The notes under the pieces: model-generated
Seen by the model: only the letters and a program-made list of their open reading frames with translations
The model's database searches: none
What the model was told of the DNA's origin: nothing
Made by a program: the position numbers and the translations under genes
Assembly: GCF_000009705.1 (NCBI RefSeq)
Contig: NC_003272.1
Location: forward strand, 5,070,001 to 5,102,000
Direction: 5' to 3'
DNA: 32,000 nt
Origin: Nostoc sp. PCC 7120 = FACHB-418
GTDB taxonomy: Bacteria > Cyanobacteriota > Cyanobacteriia > Cyanobacteriales > Nostocaceae
Shown here: positions 7,501 to 15,562 of the stretch, piece after piece
How the letters are laid out: every line of letters begins with the position of its first letter
How positions within the stretch are numbered: the stretch's first letter is position 1

Positions 7501-10047
7501 GACCAAGAGACTGGTTTCCTCTACATTGGACAAGAGAATGTCGGTATTTGGAAATACGAAGCCGAACCCAACAGGGGGAATACAGGTAGGCTAATTGACA
7601 CAATCAAAGATTTGGGTGGTTCTTACCTGACCGACGATGTAGAAGGCTTGACTATTTACTATGGTGAGAATGGCACAGGTTACTTATTAGCATCTAGCCA
7701 AGGTGAAAATACCTTTGTTGCTTATACCAGGGAGGGCAACAACGATTATGTCGGTAGTTTTGGCGTGGGGAATAATGGAGCGATCGACAGTGTGCAAGAG
7801 TCTGATGGTGCAGATGTAGTTAACGTCCCATTAGGCGCTAATTTCCCCTTTGGTTTGTTCGTTACCCAAGATGGTGACAATCAACCAGCCAACATAGTTG
7901 ATGGTGAAAATGTGAACGCTAACTTCAAACTAGTACCTTGGGAAAATATCGCCAATGCTTTTTCTCAACCCTTAGACATTGACACCACCAGTTACGACCC
8001 TCGTAATCCCGTCGCCCAAGCCAGACTGACTATCTACGATTTTGAGAACCTACCCAAATTAGGGACAACTTCCGCAGGTCAAGATATTTTCCTTGGTGGT
8101 TTCTCTGGGCTTTACTTCCAAGGTATCGCCGCTAATGGTAACTTGAAATTCGTCACCAATACAGACCGAGGCCCCAATGGTGAAAACATCGGTGCAAACA
8201 GACCATTTGCTTTACCCAACTTCCAACCAGAAATAGTCAGTTTTGAACTCAACCGCGCTACAGGCGAAATCACCATTACCCAAAGAACCGGATTGTTCCG
8301 CCAAGATGGGACAACACCCTTAACTGGACTACCCAACCTGCAAGCTGGGGCGAGAAACACAGCCTACACTGATGAAATTCCCGTTAACTTACAAAACCAA
8401 ATCTTATCTAACGACCCCTTGGGAGCCGATTTAGAGGGAATTGTTGTAGATAGAAATGGGGATTACTGGCTTGTGGATGAGTACCGTCCAGCAATTTATC
8501 ATTTTAATAGTAATGGCTCCTTAATCGATCGCTTCATTCCCAGAGGAACTGCAACCGCACCCAATCCCGACCAACCAGCCGGCACTTTTGGGACGGAAGT
8601 ATTACCAGAAGTTTACGCCCAACGCCGCAACAATCGCGGATTTGAAGCTGTGGCGCTGGAAGGTAACAAACTTTACGCCTTTATTCAAAGTCCCATTGAT
8701 AACCCTGACAATAGTGGTGATACGGTTTCTCGCAGTTCCCGCAACTTGAGAATTCTGGAGTTTGATATTGTCAGCAAACAAGTAACAGCCGAATATTTGT
8801 ATTTACTGGAAGGTCTGCCAAATACTGACAAAATTGGTGATGCAGTTTCCTTGGGTAAGGGTAAATTCGCTGTAGTTGAGCGGGATGATGGTGAAACCGC
8901 CGACGCTAATAAATTGATTTTTCTGATTGATTTGGCGGGTGCTACCAATATCAATAACTCTGCTAACTATAGTTTGCCCACTGGTAGAACAATTGAACAA
9001 CTGACACCAGATGAGTTAACTGCTGCTAATATCACCCCTGTGAGTAAGAGTCTCATCGCCAATGCGGCTGAACTGGGTTACACAGGTGTGGGTAAATTAG
9101 AAGGACTAGCACTCGTCGCACCAAATACTCTCGCCCTACTCAATGACAATGATTTCGGTGTCACGGGAACTACCACCAATCCTGATGGGACAATTAGCAT
9201 TAGAGTTTCCCCACTAGCTGAAAGACTGGCTCTCTTGGAACTCCCCGATAATTTACCAGTCACACAACCATTAGATATTCAGTTCGGCTCCTCTGGTAGT
9301 GATAATATTACGGCGGAACCTGGTCAAATATTATTCACAGGTGATGGTGCCGATACGGTAGATTCTCCTGGGAATAATACTATCTCCACGGGCAACGGTG
9401 ATGATACGGTATTTGTGGGCAGTGATGCTTCTGTCTCTACTGGTAATGGTAACGATCAAATCTTCATCGGTGTCGAGAGTCCAGCCAGCAATACCACAGC
9501 TAATGGTGGTAATGGTGACGACGAAATCACCGTGATTGAAGCAGGTGGAAGTAATAACCTTTTTGGCGCAGCAGGTAATGATACTCTGCAAGTCATTGAA
9601 GGTTCTCGTCAATTTGCCTTTGGTGGTTCTGGTAACGACACCCTCACAAGTAACGGTAGCTATAACCGTCTCAATGGTGGTTCAGGAGATGACAAATTAT
9701 TCTCCAGTGTGAATGACTCTTTGTTCGGTGGTGATGGTGATGATGTGCTATTTGCAGGTCAAGCTGGTAGTAACCGCCTCACTGGTGGCGCTGGTGCTGA
9801 CCAGTTTTGGATTGCTAATGGTAGTTTACCAACTAGCAAGAATACTGTGACTGATTTTGCAGTCGGTGTTGACAAAATCGGACTGGGTGGAATTGGTGTG
9901 ACACAATTTAGCGCTTTGAGTCTGGTACAGCAAGGCGCTGATACTTTGGTGAAACTAGGGGCGACTGAGTTAGTTGCATTACAAGGAATTACTTCAACTA
10001 GTCTGAGTGTGACTGACTTTGTTTTTGCTGTAAGTTTGGTGGGTTAG
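4582..10047 (+). CDS. Giant leaderless secreted-type multi-phosphatase. Module order is EEP (endonuclease/exonuclease/phosphatase) domain, phytase-like esterase module, beta-propeller 3-phytase module, second phytase-like esterase module, and C-terminal RTX Ca-binding repeats. It is a likely type I secretion substrate.
   Basis: 1821-aa ORF with no N-terminal signal peptide. EEP motifs lie at nt ~4582-5730 (VRFSQFNASLNR, LLINEFD, NHDEIRFWADY, IMGDQNADP, SDHRLVSVDV). Esterase-like module 1 lies at ~5860-6820 (LSGVTYNAANNRYYAISDD, DPEGIAL, NLAFESLTITPD, DNIEGISFG, LVSDNNF). The beta-propeller phytase-like module lies at ~6940-7950 (DADDPAIYVN, AYGLALYRS, TEGMVVDQETGFLYIGQENVGIWKY, DDVEGLTIYYG, GYLLASSQG, FKLVPWENI). 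Esterase-like module 2 lies at ~8090-9160 (FLGGFSGLYFQG, DLEGIVVDRNGDYWLVDEY, NRGFEAVALEG, LLNDNDFG). The GGxGxD nonapeptides lie at 9284-9813. Confidence 0.92.
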   Translation: MVNTTVRFSQFNASLNRNAEGQLVSDLSTPNNAQAKAVAEIIQRNNPDVLLINEFDYDSENPLEAVQLFQQNYLGVSQNGATPVNYSYVYIAPSNTGIASGFDLNNNGATVTTPGAPGYGDDAFGFGNFPGQFGMLLLSKYPIDTANIRTFQNFLWKDMPDSLLSTIQSPGSQTPWYSPEEQAVLRLSSKSHWDVPILVNGETVHVLVSHPTPPVFDGAEDRNGKRNHDEIRFWADYITPGEGGYIYDDAGGTGGLAAGSSFVIMGDQNADPYDGDSFDNAILQLLQNPGINTNAIPSSPGAAQQSALQGGANTNHQGNPSFDTADFADTTPGNLRSDYVLPSTDLQITNSQVFWPLSNDPTFPPVGTFPFPSSDHRLVSVDVQVGATEAGKTITELEFQGQTTFPTGFIPTGAAGAVNGLSVPVGGLSGVTYNAANNRYYAISDDRSQFAPARFYTFTSNGGVTFTDVTTLKDSNGDTFPLNSLDPEGIALTNNGTVFISSEGEANPSAGRVTNPFIKEFSLTTGQEVRSLFVPTKFLPIVQDTNNNGIVDAGDTQTSGVRNNLAFESLTITPDQKTLFTATENALLQDGVRASLTSGSRSRILQYNLVSGQPEKEYLYITDAIAASPNPTTGFSDNGLVDLLAIDNRGTLLAVERSFAQGVGNTIKIYEISLQGATDISTINSLDSLNPTEFATIQPAQKRLLLNLNDLNLPNGTDNIEGISFGPTLADGSQSIVLVSDNNFSGTQFTQILTLSAEIVPTVTPTVETRPDLLDDDNPSIPVIDQNADADDPAIYVNATNPDASLVITSVKNAGLRVYDLSGNLLQSVNPGGIRYNNVDLQYGFQLGGQSIDIAVASDRQNDKLVFFKINPNPTTPGQYLENITDSNLGTLFQGAPFAAPYSSSSRSAYGLALYRSPITNDYYVFVNRRQTGDIAQFKLIDQGNGKIGTQLIRQFTIPTDAGIDPQTEGMVVDQETGFLYIGQENVGIWKYEAEPNRGNTGRLIDTIKDLGGSYLTDDVEGLTIYYGENGTGYLLASSQGENTFVAYTREGNNDYVGSFGVGNNGAIDSVQESDGADVVNVPLGANFPFGLFVTQDGDNQPANIVDGENVNANFKLVPWENIANAFSQPLDIDTTSYDPRNPVAQARLTIYDFENLPKLGTTSAGQDIFLGGFSGLYFQGIAANGNLKFVTNTDRGPNGENIGANRPFALPNFQPEIVSFELNRATGEITITQRTGLFRQDGTTPLTGLPNLQAGARNTAYTDEIPVNLQNQILSNDPLGADLEGIVVDRNGDYWLVDEYRPAIYHFNSNGSLIDRFIPRGTATAPNPDQPAGTFGTEVLPEVYAQRRNNRGFEAVALEGNKLYAFIQSPIDNPDNSGDTVSRSSRNLRILEFDIVSKQVTAEYLYLLEGLPNTDKIGDAVSLGKGKFAVVERDDGETADANKLIFLIDLAGATNINNSANYSLPTGRTIEQLTPDELTAANITPVSKSLIANAAELGYTGVGKLEGLALVAPNTLALLNDNDFGVTGTTTNPDGTISIRVSPLAERLALLELPDNLPVTQPLDIQFGSSGSDNITAEPGQILFTGDGADTVDSPGNNTISTGNGDDTVFVGSDASVSTGNGNDQIFIGVESPASNTTANGGNGDDEITVIEAGGSNNLFGAAGNDTLQVIEGSRQFAFGGSGNDTLTSNGSYNRLNGGSGDDKLFSSVNDSLFGGDGDDVLFAGQAGSNRLTGGAGADQFWIANGSLPTSKNTVTDFAVGVDKIGLGGIGVTQFSALSLVQQGADTLVKLGATELVALQGITSTSLSVTDFVFAVSLVG
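9284..9813 (+). repeat. RTX (hemolysin-type) nonapeptide Ca-binding repeat block inside the 1821-aa CDS.
   Basis: Successive GSSGSDNIT, GDGADTV, GNGDDTVFV, GNGNDQIFI, GGNGDDEITV, GAAGNDTLQV, GGSGNDTLTS, GGSGDDKLFS, GGDGDDVLFA and GGAGADQFWI units can be read from the translation. Confidence 0.85.
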
Positions 10048-10059
10048 TCATCCTAACTC

Positions 10060-10088
10060 AACGTGAGTCTCCAACAGAGACTCACGTT
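10060..10088 (+). terminator. Perfect 12-bp stem-loop 13 nt after the stop of the RTX gene, a likely transcript-end or stability hairpin.
   Basis: AACGTGAGTCTC (10060-10071), loop CAACA, GAGACTCACGTT (10077-10088). The arms are perfectly complementary. AATT follows rather than a U-run. Confidence 0.5.
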
Positions 10089-10798
10089 AATTCACGCTAG
10101 ATGTGAATTAGGAATTTTCATGGTGTACGTCTCTAGTTCGTCAATAACTAATACTTTCAGTCTTGTTTGATTTATAACTAGCTAAGTTTACTTTCATGAG
10201 GAATGATATACCGTATAATCCCTGAATTTACAAGCTCTGACAATTACGTAAAGCGGACAGGTAAATTGTATAAATAAATATAATTATTTTCGTGAAATAA
10301 GTAATCATACAATACCTTGCTGGTATTCTAGAATCCTAGATATTTTTTTGCTGTCAAGACTAATTAGCACTATGCCTCCAAGACCAAATCAGTGAATTTC
10401 GTATAAATTGAAAAATAAAGTTAATTATCTAAGCCCAAGTATTTATGGGTTGGCAAAATAGTGGTAATTTTACTTTGGGTATTTACTGATAAAATTTCTG
10501 GTGCATTTGATGTAATAGCCACTAACAATTAAATCTCTCTGGGTTGTGTATATATACGGTACTTTTGTTCGGTTGGAGGGTATACATTTTGATCTGAATA
10601 ATTTCAGATTAGTTTATTAGATTCTCAGTGAAATTCTTTAAACATAGATAGGTCTAATAAGACAAATTACACTTTTGTCTTGGTAGCAAATCAAAAGCTA
10701 TGTATAAATTAAATGAAAAAACTTTAAATTTTGTCTTTGTAGTAAAAACTTCCTAAAGCTGACTCAAGCATAGATAAATTTAGTTAACTGAATTAGAA

Positions 10799-13700
10799 AT
10801 GACTTATATTAAGAGCGCTTTTCAAGAATTTCTTGTCACCATTGAGGGTTTTGACCAGTTACCAAGTGAGGAACTGACTCAAATCCTCGACAATTTACAG
10901 CCATTTCGCTATCGTATTGGTCAAAAAATTATTGGCAAAGAAAGAACGCCAGAACGAGTAACAATTATTTATGAAGGTCAAGTACGACTGTTGGGATTTG
11001 ATCCGCAAACGCAAGTCCCGACAACCCTAAAGTTGATGAAACCAGGGGAAATCATTGGTGAAATTGGGTTATTGCGGGATGTAGCTTGTGAAACTGCGAT
11101 CGCCTCTGCCGATGAAGTGATAGGCTTAACTTTAAATGCTACAGATTACTTACGTCTGTTGGAGTCATACCCAGGTTTTGCTCACGCACGCCAAAACCAA
11201 AGTTACATCATCGAGGTTTTCGATGTTTTGAGTTCCCAGTTAGCTAACCAAGCTAACGTGATTAGTAACCTTGATGAACTGGCTGCACAAGCTCTAGAAA
11301 ATGCCAAAATAGATTACCTTCCACCAGGGAGAAATTTCTTCCATCAATTAGATAGTGAAAGCATTTGGTTTGTTAGTGGCGGAACAGTGACAAATTACCC
11401 CATAGGTTCTCGCCTAGAACCTAGTGACGGGAATCGGGTAATTGAAGTCCAGGGAGAAAGTCCGGCGCGGTTAGTTGGTTTAGAGCCTTTAGATTTATTG
11501 TTTTTAGAGAACGATTATCGCCCTGGTGGAGAACTTACCGTCCATGATAGTTCACCCAACATTACAGAAGCTTTAGATATTCCCTACGCTAGCGAAGAAG
11601 AACTTCCCCAGTCAAGTTCTGTTCCCAGCAATGCTAAACCAAGACAAAAATTCCCCTTTGTTCGGGGTAAAGGTGAATTAAATTCTACCTTTGCTTGTTT
11701 TCAAATGCTTACCAAGCACTTACAAATTCCCTTCCGCAAAGAAGTAGTGCGCCGCATTTTGAATGAGCAAATTAAACGTCAAGGAACCATCTCCTTCCCT
11801 GCTTGCGCTTACCTCTCCGAGTTAATTGGACTCAAAGCCAATCTAGTTGATTTACCTGCGGCGGCTATTACCCGTGTTCCTACCCCGGCCTTAGTCCGTT
11901 ATGGTGATGGTTATGCAGTCTTGTATGCGGCTGATAATAATAATGTAGTTTTGGGTGTACCATCTCAAGGGATAGTACGCTGCAAACCCGCCCAGATACT
12001 TGAGCATTTAGATATTGTCGAAGACAGTTATCCCCCACAAATCAGGGTATTGCTGCTGTCTGCTACCAAAGAAACCCCACAAGAACGCTTTGGTTTACGT
12101 TGGTTCATACCTTACTTGTCTCGCTATCGCCGGGTTTTGATTGAAGTTTTTATTGCTTCTTTCTTTGTTCAGTTAGCGGCTTTAGCCAATCCCCTAGTTA
12201 TTCAGCTCATCATTGATAAAGTCATCGTCCAAAACAGTATTAGTACCCTGAATGTTTTGGGAGTTTTGCTGTTAGCCGTTGGGGTATTTGAAGCAGTCCT
12301 CACCACCTTAAGGACTTACTTATTTGTCGATACTACCAACCGTATCGATATGGGTTTGGGTTCAGAAATCATTGACCACTTATTACGCCTACCACTGCGC
12401 TACTTTGAAAAGCGTCCTGTGGGTGAACTCGCTACCCGCATCAACGAATTAGAAAATATTCGTCAGTTTCTCACGGGGACAGCCTTGACAGTAGGTTTAG
12501 ATGCGGTCTTCTCCGTGGTTTATATCATTGTCATGCTATTTTATAGCTGGCAACTTACCTTAGTTGGTTTAGGCACGATTCCTATATTTATCATTATCAC
12601 CTTAATTGCATCGCCTACGGTGAGTAGACAGTTACGTTCCAAAGCCGAACGCAACTCGGAAACGCAATCTTATTTAGTTGAGGTGATGTCTGGGATTCAG
12701 ACGGTGAAGGCGCAAAATATCGAACTGCGATCGCGCTTTTCCTGGCAAGAGAGGTATGCTCGATATGTAGCAGCAGGTTTTAAAACTGTTATCACATCAA
12801 CACTAGCTAACTCTACGAGTCAATTTCTCAACAAACTCAGCAGTTTACTTGTGTTGTGGGTGGGTGCTTATTTGGTACTCCAAGGTGAACTAACTCTAGG
12901 GGAATTAATCGCCTTTAGAATTATCTCCGGTTACGTCACCAGCCCTATTTTACGCCTAGCTCAACTTTGGCAAAGCTTCCAAGAAACAGCATTATCTCTA
13001 GAACGGTTGAGTGATATTGTTGATACGCCCCAAGAAGCCGAAATTGACCGCTACAATATTCCCTTACCGGAGATTCAAGGGTCTGTCAAATACGAGAATA
13101 TTTCCTTTAGGTTCGCACCAAGCGGCCCTTTACAGCTATCCAATGTCAATTTAGAAATCCCCTCTGGGAAATTTATCGGTATAGTCGGACAAAGCGGCTC
13201 CGGTAAAAGTACGATGATGAAATTACTGCTGCGCTTGTACGATGTAGAGTCCGGCAGAATTTTAATTGATGGTTACGATATTGCCAAAGTAGAACTATAT
13301 TCATTACGTCGCCAAGTCGGTGTAGTACCCCAAGAAACCCTGTTATTTGATGGGACGGTGCAAGAAAATATTGCCCTGACAAACCCTGATGCTAGCACTG
13401 ACGAAATTATCGAAGCGGCGCGAGTAGCAGCAGCCCACGAATTTATTATGAGCTTACCCAACGGGTATAATACCCGCGTAGGGGAACGTGGGGCTGGACT
13501 TTCTGGAGGACAAAGACAGAGAATAGCGATCGCCCGTTCTGTTCTCCAAAGACCTAAACTATTAGTATTAGACGAAGCTACCAGCGCTTTAGACTATCCT
13601 ACAGAACGACAAGTTTGCCTTAACTTAGCTAAAGCCTTTCAAGGTAGCACAGTATTCTTTATTACCCACCGACTCAACACCGTCAGTCATGCAGACATGA

Positions 13701-13810
13701 TTGTGGTCATGGATGCAGGAAAAGTTATAGAACAAGGAAGCCACCAAGAATTAATGGCGGCTAAAGGTCATTATTTTTACCTGTACCAACAACAGGAAGT
13801 AAATTTGTAA
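10799..13810 (+). CDS. Type I secretion ABC exporter (HlyB-like). Module order is an N-terminal cyclic-nucleotide-binding-like domain, a C39-peptidase-like domain, a 6-TM domain and an ATPase.
   Basis: 1003-aa ORF. The cNMP-like beta-roll motif GEIIGEIGLL....ETAIA lies at aa 83-102. The C39-like segment FPFVRGKGELNSTFACFQMLTKH... spans aa 285-420. The TMD motifs include PLRYFEKRPVGELATRINE. The NBD has Walker A GQSGSGKST, signature LSGGQRQR, Walker B LLVLDEATSALD and H-loop FFITHRL. Confidence 0.93.
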   Translation: MTYIKSAFQEFLVTIEGFDQLPSEELTQILDNLQPFRYRIGQKIIGKERTPERVTIIYEGQVRLLGFDPQTQVPTTLKLMKPGEIIGEIGLLRDVACETAIASADEVIGLTLNATDYLRLLESYPGFAHARQNQSYIIEVFDVLSSQLANQANVISNLDELAAQALENAKIDYLPPGRNFFHQLDSESIWFVSGGTVTNYPIGSRLEPSDGNRVIEVQGESPARLVGLEPLDLLFLENDYRPGGELTVHDSSPNITEALDIPYASEEELPQSSSVPSNAKPRQKFPFVRGKGELNSTFACFQMLTKHLQIPFRKEVVRRILNEQIKRQGTISFPACAYLSELIGLKANLVDLPAAAITRVPTPALVRYGDGYAVLYAADNNNVVLGVPSQGIVRCKPAQILEHLDIVEDSYPPQIRVLLLSATKETPQERFGLRWFIPYLSRYRRVLIEVFIASFFVQLAALANPLVIQLIIDKVIVQNSISTLNVLGVLLLAVGVFEAVLTTLRTYLFVDTTNRIDMGLGSEIIDHLLRLPLRYFEKRPVGELATRINELENIRQFLTGTALTVGLDAVFSVVYIIVMLFYSWQLTLVGLGTIPIFIIITLIASPTVSRQLRSKAERNSETQSYLVEVMSGIQTVKAQNIELRSRFSWQERYARYVAAGFKTVITSTLANSTSQFLNKLSSLLVLWVGAYLVLQGELTLGELIAFRIISGYVTSPILRLAQLWQSFQETALSLERLSDIVDTPQEAEIDRYNIPLPEIQGSVKYENISFRFAPSGPLQLSNVNLEIPSGKFIGIVGQSGSGKSTMMKLLLRLYDVESGRILIDGYDIAKVELYSLRRQVGVVPQETLLFDGTVQENIALTNPDASTDEIIEAARVAAAHEFIMSLPNGYNTRVGERGAGLSGGQRQRIAIARSVLQRPKLLVLDEATSALDYPTERQVCLNLAKAFQGSTVFFITHRLNTVSHADMIVVMDAGKVIEQGSHQELMAAKGHYFYLYQQQEVNL

Positions 13811-13818
13811 TTGGTTAT

Positions 13819-13856
13819 TCCCAATCCCCAGTCCCCAATCCCCAATCCCCAGTCCC
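13819..13856. repeat. STRR heptamer tandem repeat, CCCCA(A/G)T x5.
   Basis: TCCCAAT CCCCAGT CCCCAAT CCCCAAT CCCCAGT CCC can be read directly in the 61-bp gap between the ABC and HlyD genes. Confidence 0.9.
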
Positions 13857-13871
13857 TTATTCAAAAATACT

Positions 13872-15443
13872 ATGACTCAACTCAATAGCGATCGCCGTAA
13901 CGGTAATAATAGTAATGGGAAGCAAAATAAGATGATCAAAATTGATGGTCAAGCTTCACCAGAGACAAGCAAAGCTTTAGTTAAATTTAATCAAAATGAC
14001 TTTGAGCAATCGGTAGTACTGCGCCAATCTCCTATTTGGTCACGCACAATTATGCTGACCTTGATAGGGTTAGCTTGTGTGGGTATTGGTTGGGCATATT
14101 TTGCAAAAATCGAACAGGTAGTACCAGCTACTGGTCAACTGAAACCAGAAGGTACAGTTAAAGAAGTACAAGCACCAGTGAATGGTGTAGTGAAGGAGGT
14201 TTTTGTTAAAAATGGAGAAACAGTTAATAAAGGTGATCTACTATTAACCTTTGATCAAGTTACCACCGTCGCCCAGTTAAACTCATTAGAAAAGGTTAGA
14301 CGTGCCTTAACTCAAGAAAATCAGACCTATCGCCGCTTAATGAGATCAACTGGTGGTATTGCTTCTGAACTAGAATTTGTTCGCAGTCGATTACCACAAG
14401 AAGCAACTTTTCTGTTAAGAAGTCGTGCAGCACTAGTTGCAGAAAATGAATTGCTGCGTACTCAATTAAATAATGCTACCACGGGTATAGGTTTAGATAG
14501 TGATGAACAAAAACAGCTACAAGTTGCCAAAACTGAATTAGATTCTCGTGCAGCAGCCGCAGGACTAGAAGTTTCCAAAATTCAAAAACAACTAACTCAA
14601 ACAACGGTAAAGCTACAAGATACTCAATCTAGTTTGGCAATCCAACAAAGGATTTTAGATAAGATTAAAATCTTAGCAGAAGAAGGTGGTATTTCGCAGT
14701 TACAATATCTAAATCAACAACAGCAGGTACAAACTACAGCAGCAGAAGTCGCTCAATTAGTTGAAGAACAAAAACGCCTGCAATTTGATATTGAAAAAAA
14801 TCAACAGCAAGTTACTAATACAGTTGCTAATTCTGATAAAAATATTTTAGAGAAAATTGCTGATAACAAAAAACGTATTGCAGAAATTGATAGTCAGTTC
14901 ATGAGAATTGTCTTAGATAATGAACGCAATTTAGCCGATATCACAAGCAAAATTTCTCAAGCTCAACAGGATCTTAAATATCAAGAATTACGCGCTCCTG
15001 TAGCTGGCACAATCTTTGATTTAAAAGCAAACAATACTGGATTTGTGGCGAACCCTACACAAAAATTATTGCAAATCGTCCCTAATGAAAACTTTATTGC
15101 TGAGGTTTTCATCACTAATAAAGATATTGGTTTTGTCCGCAAAGGAATGAAAGTAGATGTCAGAATTGACTCTTTTCCTTTCAGCCAGTTTGGTGATATC
15201 AAAGGTGAAATAATTGATATTGGCTCAGATGCGTTGCAACCAGATGAAATATATAAGTTTTATCGCTTCCCTGCCAGAATTAAACTCAATCAACAATACT
15301 TACAAGTCCAAGATAAGCACATTTCCTTGCAGTCGGGTATGTCAATTAGCGCTAATATCAAAGTCAGGGAAGAACGGACAGTCCTAAGTCTGTTTACGGA
15401 AATGTTTACCAATCAAGTTGATAGTTTAAAACAGGTGCGTTAA
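13872..15443 (+). CDS. HlyD-family periplasmic adaptor (membrane fusion protein) of a type I secretion system.
   Basis: 523-aa ORF. It has a single N-terminal TM (IMLTLIGLACVGIGWAYFA) and a lipoyl-like hairpin (GVVKEVFVKNGETVNKGDLLLTFD ... LRAPVAGTIFDL). It also has a long Gln/Glu-rich coiled coil and a C-terminal beta-barrel segment (VDVRIDSFPF, SLQSGMSISANIKV). Confidence 0.9.
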   Translation: MTQLNSDRRNGNNSNGKQNKMIKIDGQASPETSKALVKFNQNDFEQSVVLRQSPIWSRTIMLTLIGLACVGIGWAYFAKIEQVVPATGQLKPEGTVKEVQAPVNGVVKEVFVKNGETVNKGDLLLTFDQVTTVAQLNSLEKVRRALTQENQTYRRLMRSTGGIASELEFVRSRLPQEATFLLRSRAALVAENELLRTQLNNATTGIGLDSDEQKQLQVAKTELDSRAAAAGLEVSKIQKQLTQTTVKLQDTQSSLAIQQRILDKIKILAEEGGISQLQYLNQQQQVQTTAAEVAQLVEEQKRLQFDIEKNQQQVTNTVANSDKNILEKIADNKKRIAEIDSQFMRIVLDNERNLADITSKISQAQQDLKYQELRAPVAGTIFDLKANNTGFVANPTQKLLQIVPNENFIAEVFITNKDIGFVRKGMKVDVRIDSFPFSQFGDIKGEIIDIGSDALQPDEIYKFYRFPARIKLNQQYLQVQDKHISLQSGMSISANIKVREERTVLSLFTEMFTNQVDSLKQVR

Positions 15444-15483
15444 ATATTTCAGATGTCAGGCATCGAATTTACACATCTTTTGG

Positions 15484-15504
15484 TGTTGACAGTTGACAGT
15501 TGAC
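15484..15504. repeat. STRR heptamer repeat, (T/A)GTTGAC x3.
   Basis: TGTTGAC AGTTGAC AGTTGAC read directly. Confidence 0.8.
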
Positions 15505-15530
15505 CCTTATCCTGTTTGGCTTTCCTGATT

Positions 15531-15551
15531 TTGAATTTTGAATTTTGAATT
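15531..15551. repeat. STRR heptamer repeat, TTGAATT x3. This is the complement of the AATTCAA units in the kdp operon.
   Basis: TTGAATT TTGAATT TTGAATT read directly, ending 12 nt before the DUF427 start codon. Confidence 0.8.
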
Positions 15552-15562
15552 GATATAAGCTG

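Noticed and set aside
4937-9612. Many 60-105-aa ORFs in alternative frames or antisense inside the 1821-aa gene (for example 4937-5179, 5378-5653, 5657-5974, 5946-6155, 8112-8360, 8685-8954, 9331-9612).
   Set aside because: They are fully nested in a long ORF with clear domain motifs. Their translations are low-complexity or Cys/Arg/Leu-rich with no recognisable motifs. These are typical shadow ORFs.
10592-10609. ATCTGAA-TAAT-TTCAGAT inverted repeat about 190 bp upstream of the ABC gene, as a possible operator.
   Set aside because: A 7-bp arm in 700 bp of AT-rich DNA is close to chance expectation when several spacer lengths are allowed. It resembles no known regulator consensus that I recognise.
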